DNA of 64,000 nucleotides, from the IMG/VR virus record IMGVR_UViG_3300032330_001391, positions 53,103 through 117,102 of that record; one strand, given 5' to 3'. The notes under the pieces are model-generated. The model searched no databases and was not told the origin of the DNA. It saw only the letters and a program-made list of their open reading frames with translations. Of the stretch, positions 1 to 11,489 are shown in pieces (the first letter of the stretch is position 1; every line of letters starts with the position of its first letter). Source of the DNA: a virus (taxonomy: Duplodnaviria > Heunggongvirae > Uroviricota > Caudoviricetes). Both the position numbers and the translations under genes were made by a program.

Positions 1-174
1 GTTGTTGGATTAGAACCAGATATCCATGGGTTTGAATTTATATTCTCTCCCAAGAATCTGTCTATACCAACTGTTGAAGCAGTCAATCCCGAACCACTAA
101 AGGCAAACGCTTTGTTTACCTCGAATGGTGTCACTATGACATCAGATGCTAAAAGTTGTTTGTATGCTATCATT
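1..174 (-). CDS. structural protein, N-terminal fragment (gene runs off window start)
   Basis: Minus-strand ATG at 172-174 opens an ORF (MIAYKQLLASDVIVTPFEVNKAF...) with no stop before position 1. Composition resembles neighbouring virion proteins. Confidence 0.4.
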
Positions 175-176
175 CA

Positions 177-1220
177 TTAAAAATCAAGCTTAATCCTCAC
201 TAATGCTTCTTTCGTGAAGTTCTTAAGTAATGGTCTAGATAATTTAGCTACTGCTAATAATTCATTTGTATCGTTATATAATCCAATTGTGGTAATATAT
301 GTCTGTGGATTATTAATAAAATAAGGATAAATTACTTCACCTGTTGAACCAGATATATACGATGGATTTTCAGAATAGTTGTACTCAGCACTTCTTGGTC
401 TAACAAATACATAATCTGACGTAATTGTTTCTTGACTATTAAGTGTAAATAAAGCTGATCCACTTATAGCTCTAAATAAACTAGCATTAGGTGATGTAAC
501 TATAGATGGTGATAAACCACTAGCTGATCCACTATATTGGAATCCTATACCACCACTTGTAGCGAAATCGGCCAATGCTAATGGATTTAATATGATTGTT
601 CCTATATCTGGTAATAACCAACCGTATGAACCTGAGTTTTTAGAGTAGCCATCTGCTGTATTTGCAGCTCCTATAGTGGCTTTTGTACCTTGTGAACCAG
701 TAATAAGTTGAAATACTCTACCAGCTTCACAGTATTGTACAGCAGAAACATAATTACTATTATCAGTTAATGTTATAGATCCTGAACTACCAGATAATTT
801 TAGAGCCAATGAGCCTAAGAATAAAGATTCTTTATATCTTGTTCTATCCATAGATAAAGCATAAAATTGAGATGATATAATTGTACCAAATGTAAAATTG
901 GTATTTTCATCACCTATTACTAAATCTTGCCATTGACCAAAAATAGTACCTGTTGGAGATTTTCCATTTACAGCGGCGTTATAACATAAACTACCACTAC
1001 CATCAGCATTACCATAGGCAATAGCAAATTGAATAGCAGCAGCGGCATCTGTAGATGCTGTTTGATATACATTTAAGTAAAAATTTCCTGACGAACCAGC
1101 AGCTTGTGTTGATGATGTAAAGAATGTAGTTAACGTTGGACTACCATTTGACCATAAGGTTGATGATATAGCGTCCGAACTTACTACAAAATCTTCAGGG
1201 GCTAAGGGACTAAATGCCAT
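177..1220 (-). CDS. virion structural protein (Ser/Thr/Gly/Asn-rich, fiber/baseplate-associated candidate)
   Basis: 347-aa ORF. Low-charge S/T/G/N/Y-rich composition typical of phage fibers. Lies in a contiguous block with baseplate genes. Confidence 0.5.
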   Translation of the reverse strand: MAFSPLAPEDFVVSSDAISSTLWSNGSPTLTTFFTSSTQAAGSSGNFYLNVYQTASTDAAAAIQFAIAYGNADGSGSLCYNAAVNGKSPTGTIFGQWQDLVIGDENTNFTFGTIISSQFYALSMDRTRYKESLFLGSLALKLSGSSGSITLTDNSNYVSAVQYCEAGRVFQLITGSQGTKATIGAANTADGYSKNSGSYGWLLPDIGTIILNPLALADFATSGGIGFQYSGSASGLSPSIVTSPNASLFRAISGSALFTLNSQETITSDYVFVRPRSAEYNYSENPSYISGSTGEVIYPYFINNPQTYITTIGLYNDTNELLAVAKLSRPLLKNFTKEALVRIKLDF

Positions 1221-1241
1221 AATATTTTATATTTTTTATTT

Positions 1242-1895
1242 TTATGATACTTTTGTTACAGTTACTGGAATAGATAATCTAGCACCACTATCTCTACCTA
1301 CTACAGTTAATGTAGTATATAACGCTGTATTAGTGCCAAATAACGTGTTTACTGTAGTAGCACGTAAGTTTATGGTAGTACCAACTACCGTTTTAGATAC
1401 ACTTGTACCTAATGTTGTAGTGGTGTTTAAAGCGGTTGCTTGTGGTGTATTAATACCTACACCTTCAAATGTTTGCATTGTTCTAACATCACCTATAGTA
1501 GCAGTATAACCACTTGTTTCATATGTATTACCTCCTAAGTAATTTAATGTTTGTGGTGTGATAGCTAATGAAGCTCCTTGTTTAATTACAATAGCTGTAT
1601 ATCCTAAATCAAGGATAGGCATCTTAGCAGTACCACGAGGTAGTGTGATGAGTTTATATTTCATCATCTGGTTTTCTTGAGGAAATGCTTCAAGTAAAGG
1701 CATGTTGTCAATTGCCTCACCATAATATGCTGAACCAGATGGGTGATTAGGATTATATAAAGTATAATCTATTTCATCATCAGCTAATGCAAATTGTGTT
1801 ATACGAAATGAACCATCATTTTGTGCCATTAATTGGCGACCTTTAGTTGTTAGGATGGCGTCTACTGTTACTATACTGTTATTTAAATAGCCCAT
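1242..1895 (-). CDS. virion structural protein
   Basis: 217-aa ORF, T/G/N-rich, tightly packed in the structural block. Confidence 0.45.
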   Translation of the reverse strand: MGYLNNSIVTVDAILTTKGRQLMAQNDGSFRITQFALADDEIDYTLYNPNHPSGSAYYGEAIDNMPLLEAFPQENQMMKYKLITLPRGTAKMPILDLGYTAIVIKQGASLAITPQTLNYLGGNTYETSGYTATIGDVRTMQTFEGVGINTPQATALNTTTTLGTSVSKTVVGTTINLRATTVNTLFGTNTALYTTLTVVGRDSGARLSIPVTVTKVS

Positions 1896-1924
1896 TTTAA
1901 ATGTTTGTTTATTATAAATATATG

Positions 1925-3898
1925 TTAATTAGGATTGTTACCATAAGTTTTAGTGATATAATCTATATTTTCAGTTATTACCTTTTTAGGGTACGGTGAT
2001 AATATATAACCTGTTCCTATTCCTGCAAAATTTAGACTTGGAACTCCATATATTGTTAAACCATTAGTTGGTGTGTCTGCTTTAGTTATTAACATACCTG
2101 TATTACATATACCTGAATCTGCTCCTACTATTAAAGGATTAGCACTACCTGTAAACCAATAGTTAACGTCATATACTCCTGATCCTGTTTTTAAGAATAT
2201 AAAAGCAGTTGAGGATGGTGTAGTAGAAGATGAAACATAACTTACTTCAAATGGATAACCATACTGACTTAATTTAGAACCACTAGCTATATATCCTAAT
2301 CCTGTATTTCCAGGACCAAATAATGATGAATTTCCACTTCCACTATATAAACTTATAAACCATCTACCACCACTATTAAGACTATTAGACATTTCTGTAA
2401 TTATATTATTAACTGGTTGTCTTATTCCTATGGTATTGTTATATGTTAAATACCCATTATTATCCACAGCAGCTCCGTAAAATCCTACAAGACTTGGGGA
2501 ATCTATTTTGATATAAGGGACGTTATAAGATGAAGTTGGATAAAAATATCCCATAGGAGAAGGAGCAGATGATTTATAACCTCTGTCTGTAGAAGTAACA
2601 TAATATTTAGCGCTTGGTAATCCTAAAGCACCATATGTTATATTTAATTGATTTGGTAAACCACTTACGTTAGAATATTGATATTGATATGCTGTAGAAC
2701 CAGATGGGAACATTTTAGCTAATAAATCATAATATATATCTACTCCGGATTTAATAATAGTAACATCATCTTTAGTTTCACCTACCAAATATATATTACC
2801 CATATTTATTCCCCCACCGTTAGCATTTTCAGGATAACCTCCTCCTCCCCAATTTACTTCATATATACAACTATCTAAAGATTGTACTATAATATTTCCT
2901 GGTACTGGTATACTTGGGGATGTTGCATCTCCAGGCCAAGAACCAGTAAATCCGTTTATAGATGGTGTTATAAATTGACTAGCACTTGTATAAACATTTA
3001 TAGCTATAGCATTTTGTTGTTTACCTAAATATCGTCCACTTATATTAGAAAAATATGAGTAATTCCATGATTGTACTTGAGCTCGTGCTGCTGTACCATT
3101 TAGTATGGATACTTGATTTTGGGCTACTATTGGACTATTTGTAAAATCTACGTCCATATAGAGTGGACTAATAACATTTACATCAACATTATTTTGTAAT
3201 ACATTACAATCACTGTTGTAAAAATTTTCACCAACGTATGGTTCAAGTACTGTTATATCGTATGTTGAGGATTGCGTTGCGAATGATTGAGTGATGAGTA
3301 TTTTTGAGTTATAGTAATTTGAACTATCATCTAATCTAAAACCATAACTATACCCTTCAATAGGAGTAAAAGAACCAGCACGGGTGACATATCCACTTAC
3401 TGTTGATGGAAAGTATAAATCAAGTACTGAGTTACCTATTGTTGCATTTGATGATGTATTATATGGATAAATAGACATTGTCACTACTACATTACTTTGA
3501 GACAATGAAAAAGATACATTTAATAGAATATTAGGTGTATTACCCATATTAAGATAAGTACCATTAAAATATCCTAAAGTATTAGTTCCAGGTTGAATAT
3601 TATAAACTGCTAATAAACCTCCTCCAGTTGGACCTCCATCACTTGCTGATACCTTATAATTTAATATTTCTTGATCTGCAGATGATGTAACGTCAGTAGG
3701 TACAATAGTATATAGATAATATGTTGGATATTCATTTATAGCACCAACATTATATTGTGTAACGTTAGGTACATCTGAGAATTTAATTCTAATATCAGTT
3801 AAACTTTGTAACTCAATTGATTGATCTACACTACCACTATCTAGTTTAGCAATTTTAATATATTTGACCCCTCTTGTATATGCGTTTGTTTGTGGCAT
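1925..3898 (-). CDS. tail fiber / baseplate-associated structural protein
   Basis: 657-aa ORF, S/T/N/G/Y-rich with Gly-rich patches (GGGGYPENANGGG), fiber-like. Confidence 0.5.
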   Translation of the reverse strand: MPQTNAYTRGVKYIKIAKLDSGSVDQSIELQSLTDIRIKFSDVPNVTQYNVGAINEYPTYYLYTIVPTDVTSSADQEILNYKVSASDGGPTGGGLLAVYNIQPGTNTLGYFNGTYLNMGNTPNILLNVSFSLSQSNVVVTMSIYPYNTSSNATIGNSVLDLYFPSTVSGYVTRAGSFTPIEGYSYGFRLDDSSNYYNSKILITQSFATQSSTYDITVLEPYVGENFYNSDCNVLQNNVDVNVISPLYMDVDFTNSPIVAQNQVSILNGTAARAQVQSWNYSYFSNISGRYLGKQQNAIAINVYTSASQFITPSINGFTGSWPGDATSPSIPVPGNIIVQSLDSCIYEVNWGGGGYPENANGGGINMGNIYLVGETKDDVTIIKSGVDIYYDLLAKMFPSGSTAYQYQYSNVSGLPNQLNITYGALGLPSAKYYVTSTDRGYKSSAPSPMGYFYPTSSYNVPYIKIDSPSLVGFYGAAVDNNGYLTYNNTIGIRQPVNNIITEMSNSLNSGGRWFISLYSGSGNSSLFGPGNTGLGYIASGSKLSQYGYPFEVSYVSSSTTPSSTAFIFLKTGSGVYDVNYWFTGSANPLIVGADSGICNTGMLITKADTPTNGLTIYGVPSLNFAGIGTGYILSPYPKKVITENIDYITKTYGNNPN

Positions 3899-3915
3899 TA
3901 TTAAATTATTTTATT

Positions 3916-6900
3916 TTATACAACTCCCCCACCTGTACCAGAACTATAAGCTGGTGTTGTAAGTGGTCCTGTACTTCCTGAATCCCAATATAAATATATT
4001 TCTCCTGGGTTTGGTGATGTATTAGGATCTAGGAATAGATTAAGTGCGTTATTACTTCCAGATAGTTGTGTTGATAAGTAAAATACTGGTTTGTATTTAG
4101 TTTCTATAGTATTAGCATATAAGTAAGGACAATAACTTAATTTACCAGTTTCTGCTACTATAACCGAACCACTAAATTCACCGTTGAAAAACTCATTTTG
4201 GTTAGATTGTGTAAACGCTACATTCCCAAGTAAACTTGGAGTTGTACCACCCCAACTTTGAGTAATATTAATGTACAAATTAGTAGACGCAGTCCCATTA
4301 AGTTGAGGTACTACTCCACCAGAACTACCTGTTGTTTGTTCTATTGGGAATGATTGGTATTGGTTAGATGACGTGTATATTCTTTGTCCATTTAACATTC
4401 CAGGTATGCCTCTTATTGAAGCTGTAATAGTAATATCCTCAAATGTATTAGGACTATTCCATGTTATACTTGGATTAGAACCACTACCATATACAGATTG
4501 AGTAGTAGTTAAATTTAATTGTGGTGTAGGATAACGATTACGTTCTAATAAATGTTGTTTAATTACAACACCAGATGCTAAATCAGTATGAGCAGGAACA
4601 AAATCCTGTATCATTTTAAATAGCGAGTTATCAAAGAATTTGATAAGTCTTACATAATTCCAAATATTATAATTTGAACTATATTTTTGGAAATACAAAT
4701 CACGTAACGCATCTAACGTTGGATAATGAGTATTTCTAGATGGTATTTCTCTTGGATCTCCAATATATTCACCAATGTTGAAATACCCAAATGTATCGTT
4801 TATATCGTCGTTTATTTCGTTTTGTGGTGAAAATGCTACTTCAACATAATCAATATTATTAGTATAAGAACTACTTATAGATGGTTGTTGTTGTATTGAT
4901 ATAAATGGTGATAATACATTAGCGTTAGGGATATTACTGTCACTGCTACTGTATGGTAATACTATATTTTTGTTTTGTATCTTCTCAGATATAGCGTTTT
5001 GTATACCAGCAGGTACTTGGTCGTAAAAGAATGTCTCATAATTACTAACAAATGAACCTGATGGGCTTATATATGCTCCATTTTTCCCATATGGTAAAGC
5101 TGAATTAAAAGATGATGTGGTAGCCCAAGAACCTGTTACTCTAGGGTGTATTGATGTGCTGCCTGTGTATAATTCACCTCCTAATGGTAAACGAAATGCT
5201 AAATAATTATACCCGTTTCCAACTCCATTACCTTCAATAGAATATGGATTCATTATATAATCTTTAACACTAGATTCATTTAAATTTATATTCCCATAAT
5301 AACGTATTTCTTGTAATGAACCAGAAAATTGACTATATGTTCTTGAATTATATACTATACTATTTTTAAAAAATGAAGATGTTACTCCTGTTGTCCAATC
5401 ACTAGGAGTTATTCTGCCTGAAGCTGACGCGTAATACCCTAATTGATTTCCATCATATCCATCATATTGTATATTTCCACCATATAAATAAGCATCATTC
5501 CCATTAACAATTGCTGTTATAGACCACCACTCTTCATTTAAAAATGGTAAATATATTGTTAATCCTTCAGCAGGAGTAGATGAAGGATAAAATGTTAATT
5601 CTGAATATAAATTGTATAGGTTTGGAATTGAGCCGTTATATGAACCACTAGCTAGTCCTGAACCAGTATAGTTTAGTACAATGCATGTTTTAGTCCCATC
5701 ACCTAAATTCCATAATACTTGTTGTGGAGTATTAAAGATATTGGTAGATGACGATACTTTAAATCTAAATTGTAATACTGTAGGTCTATTACTAGTTGAA
5801 TTCCATGATGAATCTAATTCCCAATTAGTTTGAACAGCTCGAGTAGATACTCCTGGAGATATGTAATTATAGGCATAGTTATACTCATCTTGCCAGTAGT
5901 CCCAAGTGTTACTATTTTTATCTTTTCCTCCAAACTCATTTATTCTTAATATAGTATCAGGAATACCATATGATGTTATTAAAGCACGTAAACCTTCAGG
6001 TGTACCTTTCTTTTTTAGAATATAAGGCAAGTTATGATAAATGCGTTTATATGTTTCAGCATTGATATCAAATGTAGGATCTAATGATGCTGTAGATGAG
6101 GCAGTAACATAATTGTTTATATACTCTAAAAATGAACCAGTAGGTACAGGTAAAGAAGTAGTTGTGTAAGGTAAATTATATAAACTACCTGATGGTGTAA
6201 TACCAAGTATAGCCGAGTATAAATCGTCTGTTGAAAAATTATTTTGATATATTTTTATACCTAGATCTCTTAAAACATCAGCTACTAAATCTTTAGATAT
6301 ACCATAATTTACTCGATTATCAGCATTATATTTGTTAGTAACATCTTTAATATAAACCCAAACACTATCAAAGTTTTGACCTACCATATCAACAAATAAC
6401 ATATATTGATCATTAGCATTATCTTCTCTAATATATGATGGTATAGAGTTTACTAAACGATCATTATTATTTGAATCATATAATGATGCTGTCGCTGATT
6501 GAGCTGTCAAAAATGCTAAACCAGCAACTGAACCAGTAGAAGCATTAATATAAGGATATGTTGAATTAGTTTTAGGCCAAGCATTACTACCTGATTCATA
6601 ATATAAGTAATACTCATAGCCATCAAATCCAGTTATTATTTCATCTATTTTATTTAACCATATGTTACTACTAGATGATATATATGGATTTGTAGTACTT
6701 GTAATTAAATTAGCATTTGATTGATATTGACCAATTAATGATAGTTTATAATAAAAATTTTCTAAACGTGTTTGGGCTGATGAGAAAAATACAAATTCAG
6801 AATAATCTGAGTAGTCTATATTAATTTCTAGTCCTTTTTCTGCTAGTACACTATTAATTTGATATTGTAAACTACCTGTACCTAAAGTAGATGAATTATT

Positions 6901-7665
6901 AACTAAACTATTATAATTAATCTGTGGAGTAGAGTTATTAATTTGATCTTTTACAGCTATATTAGTATTAGGACCTTTTAAATAAATATTTTGATCTAAA
7001 ACATCAAATGTTTGAGTTATATTAATATTGTAAGCTACCGGGTCAGCTATAGACTCTACCACCCAACATTGAGATTGCATATCTAATGCTTGAGGGAGTG
7101 GTTCATATAATTTAATAAGAACTGTAGGATCTGTCGGATTAGTAGTAATATCTAATAAAATATTATTAGCAATAATAAGATTATTATCACTAAAATCTAG
7201 ATAAAAATCAATAAATACACTACTACTATTTCTATAATTTATAAATTCTTGAGTACTAGTTATTAAATCAACATTAGGGATAGTTGTAGTATTTAATCTA
7301 ATTTCTGTTCTATCTGAACTAATTTGATCAATGTAATATCTATTAAGTGGATTTGATGATAATCTATTTTTTAAGAAATTATATACTGTGTTGTAATTTC
7401 CTTCTTCATATCCTTGACGTTTTAAATCGGCTTCAGGATCAATAACAACATTATTATCTATTAATTTAAAGTAAGGATATCCAGTAACATTAGAAAATAA
7501 AATACTTTTATTTAAATCATATATAAAATATTCAACATGATCTACACTAGAATCAAAATTCTCATATACATCTGTTGTTGGTATAAGATTAATATCTTCT
7601 GGAGTATATGTTTGTGCCTCAAATGTTTGAGGATTGATAGGTTGTATGTTAACTATTTCAGCCAT
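3916..7665 (-). CDS. large tail fiber / baseplate structural protein
   Basis: 1249-aa ORF, largest in the window, N/S/T/Y-rich. Lies adjacent to baseplate wedge genes. Confidence 0.5.
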   Translation of the reverse strand: MAEIVNIQPINPQTFEAQTYTPEDINLIPTTDVYENFDSSVDHVEYFIYDLNKSILFSNVTGYPYFKLIDNNVVIDPEADLKRQGYEEGNYNTVYNFLKNRLSSNPLNRYYIDQISSDRTEIRLNTTTIPNVDLITSTQEFINYRNSSSVFIDFYLDFSDNNLIIANNILLDITTNPTDPTVLIKLYEPLPQALDMQSQCWVVESIADPVAYNINITQTFDVLDQNIYLKGPNTNIAVKDQINNSTPQINYNSLVNNSSTLGTGSLQYQINSVLAEKGLEINIDYSDYSEFVFFSSAQTRLENFYYKLSLIGQYQSNANLITSTTNPYISSSSNIWLNKIDEIITGFDGYEYYLYYESGSNAWPKTNSTYPYINASTGSVAGLAFLTAQSATASLYDSNNNDRLVNSIPSYIREDNANDQYMLFVDMVGQNFDSVWVYIKDVTNKYNADNRVNYGISKDLVADVLRDLGIKIYQNNFSTDDLYSAILGITPSGSLYNLPYTTTSLPVPTGSFLEYINNYVTASSTASLDPTFDINAETYKRIYHNLPYILKKKGTPEGLRALITSYGIPDTILRINEFGGKDKNSNTWDYWQDEYNYAYNYISPGVSTRAVQTNWELDSSWNSTSNRPTVLQFRFKVSSSTNIFNTPQQVLWNLGDGTKTCIVLNYTGSGLASGSYNGSIPNLYNLYSELTFYPSSTPAEGLTIYLPFLNEEWWSITAIVNGNDAYLYGGNIQYDGYDGNQLGYYASASGRITPSDWTTGVTSSFFKNSIVYNSRTYSQFSGSLQEIRYYGNINLNESSVKDYIMNPYSIEGNGVGNGYNYLAFRLPLGGELYTGSTSIHPRVTGSWATTSSFNSALPYGKNGAYISPSGSFVSNYETFFYDQVPAGIQNAISEKIQNKNIVLPYSSSDSNIPNANVLSPFISIQQQPSISSSYTNNIDYVEVAFSPQNEINDDINDTFGYFNIGEYIGDPREIPSRNTHYPTLDALRDLYFQKYSSNYNIWNYVRLIKFFDNSLFKMIQDFVPAHTDLASGVVIKQHLLERNRYPTPQLNLTTTQSVYGSGSNPSITWNSPNTFEDITITASIRGIPGMLNGQRIYTSSNQYQSFPIEQTTGSSGGVVPQLNGTASTNLYINITQSWGGTTPSLLGNVAFTQSNQNEFFNGEFSGSVIVAETGKLSYCPYLYANTIETKYKPVFYLSTQLSGSNNALNLFLDPNTSPNPGEIYLYWDSGSTGPLTTPAYSSGTGGGVV

Positions 7666-7666
7666 G

Positions 7667-8017
7667 TTATTGTGTTCTAGTTATATTTACGACATTTTGT
7701 TGTAAGTCTAGATTTTCTTGTCTTAATTGATTTATTTCTTCAAGTAAAGATTGTATTAGTTCTTCATTAGAATCTAATGTTGTACCAATGTATTCTGTAC
7801 TTGTTTTTATAAGATACTCATGAGAATTGACTTCTCCAAATTTAGGTATAGTAAAAAATAATTGTTGATAATAAGTAAAAAACTGTTGAATAGATATAGG
7901 AGGATTAGCAGTTGTATCAACAACCGGTTGAGTAAGTTGATTAAAAGAAGTATTAATTACTTTCTCATACGAATTTTTATTAAATGAAGGTTTTACCAAT
8001 GTTATTTGATCTGCCAT
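7667..8017 (-). CDS. hypothetical protein with C-terminal coiled coil (assembly/chaperone candidate)
   Basis: 116-aa ORF. C-terminal leucine heptad (LIQSLLEEINQLRQENLDLQQ). Stop/start abut neighbouring genes. Confidence 0.4.
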   Translation of the reverse strand: MADQITLVKPSFNKNSYEKVINTSFNQLTQPVVDTTANPPISIQQFFTYYQQLFFTIPKFGEVNSHEYLIKTSTEYIGTTLDSNEELIQSLLEEINQLRQENLDLQQNVVNITRTQ

Positions 8018-9198
8018 TATCCATTTATAATTTTAAAGCTATAATTATTATTAAATACTAATGTTGAACCATTAATTGTACTTTTAATTAAGACTGTATA
8101 ATAACGTTCTGTTTGTAATCCATTCATGTTAATATCAAAATAACTACCACTAATATCAGCGTTAAGTTGTGTGAATTGAGTATCAAAATCTATAACAAAT
8201 TCATTTGTATCTAAATCTTTTATAGCCCAATATGAAGCTGTAGGTAAGTAATAGTTTTGAGTATAGATTGAAGATGTCTGCCAAACCTGAGGTGGATATT
8301 CTGGTCTAGCATTTACTCTAAATCTATTTACACTTCCTGAATAAAAATATCCTGGGTTTTGAGCTAATGTTACTACTGCAGGTAATGTATCAAGAATAGT
8401 TAAACCTGATGAACCAGTATTCCATGTATAATCTCTCCATTTAAACTCTAATTGAGGTGGGTAAATAGTATGAGTATCAACTGAAAAGAATTTAAGTTCA
8501 GGTTGTACGTTAATGTTATTTATAAATTCTGTAGCATCCGATAATTTAACTATAAAACCATTATCAGCTATTGCTCCAGTATACCATGCTCTAATAATAT
8601 TAGAAACATTCATATTGATATCTTTATCACTAGAATAACTAAATATTTGTGATGCTGTGATAGGATATGTATTTGAGTTAAAATAAGATACATTAGAACC
8701 AGTATACCATGTTCCTCCTCCAGCTACAGCATAATTTAAATTATATGAACCAGTAACATTTAAAGGATAAGGACCTGTACTCCATCGGGTAGAACCAGAA
8801 TAATCTAACCATATCCAACTTGTACCATTAGATACTTCAGGTTCATCTAAGTACTTACCAGTACCCATTCCCCAATTTCCACATATTGGATAACAATCTA
8901 TTTGAGTGTTTAACGCTAATCCAGTCTCAGTTGCTATAAAACATTTTAATGTAGCTGTCCAAGATGAAGTATTCATAAGTTGGGCTGAGCTGCTTATTCC
9001 TATTTTATCTTCTAAGATACTATCTATTTCATCTGATGCAAATTGGACAAGAAATCTACTAACCTGTGGATTACCATTATTTTCTGTTGCTATTTGAGTT
9101 TGGGTAGACTCAATAATTTCATCTAATCCTGTGTTCATACTAGGGAACATAGAATATAATGTCGCGTCTTGGGAGGGAAATATTTTATATACTGCCAT
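8017..9198 (-). CDS. virion structural protein
   Basis: 393-aa ORF. ATG overlaps upstream stop. S/T/N/G/Y-rich. Confidence 0.45.
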   Translation of the reverse strand: MAVYKIFPSQDATLYSMFPSMNTGLDEIIESTQTQIATENNGNPQVSRFLVQFASDEIDSILEDKIGISSSAQLMNTSSWTATLKCFIATETGLALNTQIDCYPICGNWGMGTGKYLDEPEVSNGTSWIWLDYSGSTRWSTGPYPLNVTGSYNLNYAVAGGGTWYTGSNVSYFNSNTYPITASQIFSYSSDKDINMNVSNIIRAWYTGAIADNGFIVKLSDATEFINNINVQPELKFFSVDTHTIYPPQLEFKWRDYTWNTGSSGLTILDTLPAVVTLAQNPGYFYSGSVNRFRVNARPEYPPQVWQTSSIYTQNYYLPTASYWAIKDLDTNEFVIDFDTQFTQLNADISGSYFDINMNGLQTERYYTVLIKSTINGSTLVFNNNYSFKIING

Positions 9199-9207
9199 AG
9201 TTTAATA

Positions 9208-11082
9208 TTATAATGGTACTACTTTACCTTGTATGTCTTGATTTAAATATTTTATTTCAAAAATAGATGGATCTAATGAAGGATATACAACATTGGCTGA
9301 TGTTGCTCCTTTAATATCATAAGCGTAAGGGCTATATCCTAAATTCTCACCAACTAAATTTACTATTTCAACGTTTTTAACAGTCTGTACGCCTTGTATT
9401 TTATTTAATAATATATATAATTCTCTTAATATAATTGGTTGATTTATTTGCCAATTATCTATTGCAAAATATGTTTTAAGAGCGTCGATACATTTAATTA
9501 AAACTTCATTATTATTGTAATTAGGTAATACTATTATTTCAAAATTTACTCCTATATTAACAATAAATCCATCTTTAATATTAACAGCATCTCCTATCAT
9601 TCGATATTGAGATAAATATGTTGTTAAATTCTGCTTTAAAGCTGTTGTAGCTGTACGTAATGTGTTATCAATATTATAACTTAATATATATAAATCTAAC
9701 ACTGAATTAGATTCTCCAGCTGATACTAGAGCGTCTCTTTTAGTTGGTTCTATATATGCTTTAGATATAACTCCATATTTAGCAGGCATTGATAGTGCTC
9801 TTACTAAATAGTCATCTTGAGTTACGTTACGTAACTGTGAAGCAAAATTAGCCATTGAATTTTGTCTAATTTCTTCAATTGTATCTCCATCTCCACCTCC
9901 ATCAGCAGCTAAAGGATTAGTTACAGCTAATGAATTAAATACAGTAGTTGCTGTAGTAGAATTTAAATTAGTATTTAAAAATGTTGGAGTAGAGTTTAAT
10001 GTATTTAAAACATTAGCATTAACATTAGCTGTAACTCCCCCACCAGTTAAATATCTTACAGTTAACGTAGTGTTAGAAGGAGCAATACCGTATGTTTTGG
10101 TAAATAAGAAATTAGATGGAGAATACGCGGTTGTAAGTTTAGTTTTTTCAAAAGGTAAACCTATACCTACATTATTTGGATTTGGTGTTATTTCTTCATC
10201 ACTATCGTTTACTGTACCTGCTCCAAATTGAAATTGTAATGTAGTTGAATTAATAAATCGTGTTACAAATCGACGCTGTTGTTTTTCTAATTTAAGAAGA
10301 TAAGGAGCGTTTCCTTGATTTATGTAAAAATTAGGATCGTTAGGATTAGTATTTTTTACAGAAGTATAAACCATTTCTTGACCTAAATGATCTACTTCAT
10401 ACCATTGATTTCCATTAGAATCAAATACATCTAATACACCAATAACTTTATCATCTGTTAAATTTACAGTAGAAAATTTCTGTGGATTGCCAAAACTAAA
10501 TGATGTAGTGTTTATAGTTGCTGATATAGCTTTTCTACTTTTTTTAAGTAAAAAATAATTTGGATTACCTCCTGATACAGAATATACAGTTACTTCAGTA
10601 GGATCTTGAGATGACGATACTGTAAAATCAACTGGATCTTCAATTATAAAAGTAGAAGTAATATTGGTTAAAGTAGATGATACTGTAGAATTAGCGGGTA
10701 CAAATAAAGCATAAGTAAAGTCAGGCACATACAAACTTCCAGATAAAACAGAAGGCACTTGTTGATAAAAATCAACTTCAGTTATAGCTACTTGTGTAAC
10801 ATTTGGTTTATATCCAAACATATATGCTAATTCAAATAAATTATTTGTCTGACGAGCATATTGTAAAAAGTTTTCTTGAAATTGATTATCAAGATAAAAA
10901 GATAAAACATCACCAACATACGCAGCCATTTCCATAAACATTGTACCTGGAGATGTAGGGCTAAAATCATTATACGTTGTAGGAAAATACGTTTGAGCAT
11001 AGTTTATTAAACTAGCCTTTAACTCTGTAAAATCCTTGTTTATATATTTTATATCTTTTTTAGTATTATTATTTGTAGCCAT
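9208..11082 (-). CDS. baseplate wedge protein, gp6 / baseplate-J-like candidate
   Basis: 624-aa ORF immediately upstream of a gp25-like gene with an ATGA overlap at 11082. Size and position fit the J/gp6 family. No motif-level proof. Confidence 0.45.
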   Translation of the reverse strand: MATNNNTKKDIKYINKDFTELKASLINYAQTYFPTTYNDFSPTSPGTMFMEMAAYVGDVLSFYLDNQFQENFLQYARQTNNLFELAYMFGYKPNVTQVAITEVDFYQQVPSVLSGSLYVPDFTYALFVPANSTVSSTLTNITSTFIIEDPVDFTVSSSQDPTEVTVYSVSGGNPNYFLLKKSRKAISATINTTSFSFGNPQKFSTVNLTDDKVIGVLDVFDSNGNQWYEVDHLGQEMVYTSVKNTNPNDPNFYINQGNAPYLLKLEKQQRRFVTRFINSTTLQFQFGAGTVNDSDEEITPNPNNVGIGLPFEKTKLTTAYSPSNFLFTKTYGIAPSNTTLTVRYLTGGGVTANVNANVLNTLNSTPTFLNTNLNSTTATTVFNSLAVTNPLAADGGGDGDTIEEIRQNSMANFASQLRNVTQDDYLVRALSMPAKYGVISKAYIEPTKRDALVSAGESNSVLDLYILSYNIDNTLRTATTALKQNLTTYLSQYRMIGDAVNIKDGFIVNIGVNFEIIVLPNYNNNEVLIKCIDALKTYFAIDNWQINQPIILRELYILLNKIQGVQTVKNVEIVNLVGENLGYSPYAYDIKGATSANVVYPSLDPSIFEIKYLNQDIQGKVVPL

Positions 11083-11489
11083 TATTGAAATGTTATTTGT
11101 AATTGATCTGTTATACCTGTATTTATTATATTATATTTTAAGATCATTGTTACTTCATTGTAGTCAGGAGCTGATGTAAGTTCTAACGACACTACTAAAA
11201 CATTTGGAAAATATAATGCTATTTTAGATTGAATATCTTGTTTTAAATTATCTAAGTTTCCTGTAGTAATTTGTTCAAAAATAAACGCTCTTAAATTAGC
11301 ACCAAATGTAGGATTTAAATATATCTCATCTGTATTAGTTAAGAAATAATTAATAAGATTAGTTTTAATCGCTTCTTTAGTTGTATAAGTTGATTGAAAT
11401 ACATTAGAAGCGTTAAATGGTAAACCTACTCCAACCGCTGTTCCAGGTTGGGTATCAATAGGAAATATTTTTTTTGCGCCGAATGCCAT
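11082..11489 (-). CDS. baseplate wedge protein, gp25/GPW-like
   Basis: 135 aa. Length and conserved pattern (...PTFGANLRAFIFEQ...) match the phage GPW/gp25 family. Confidence 0.65.
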   Translation of the reverse strand: MAFGAKKIFPIDTQPGTAVGVGLPFNASNVFQSTYTTKEAIKTNLINYFLTNTDEIYLNPTFGANLRAFIFEQITTGNLDNLKQDIQSKIALYFPNVLVVSLELTSAPDYNEVTMILKYNIINTGITDQLQITFQ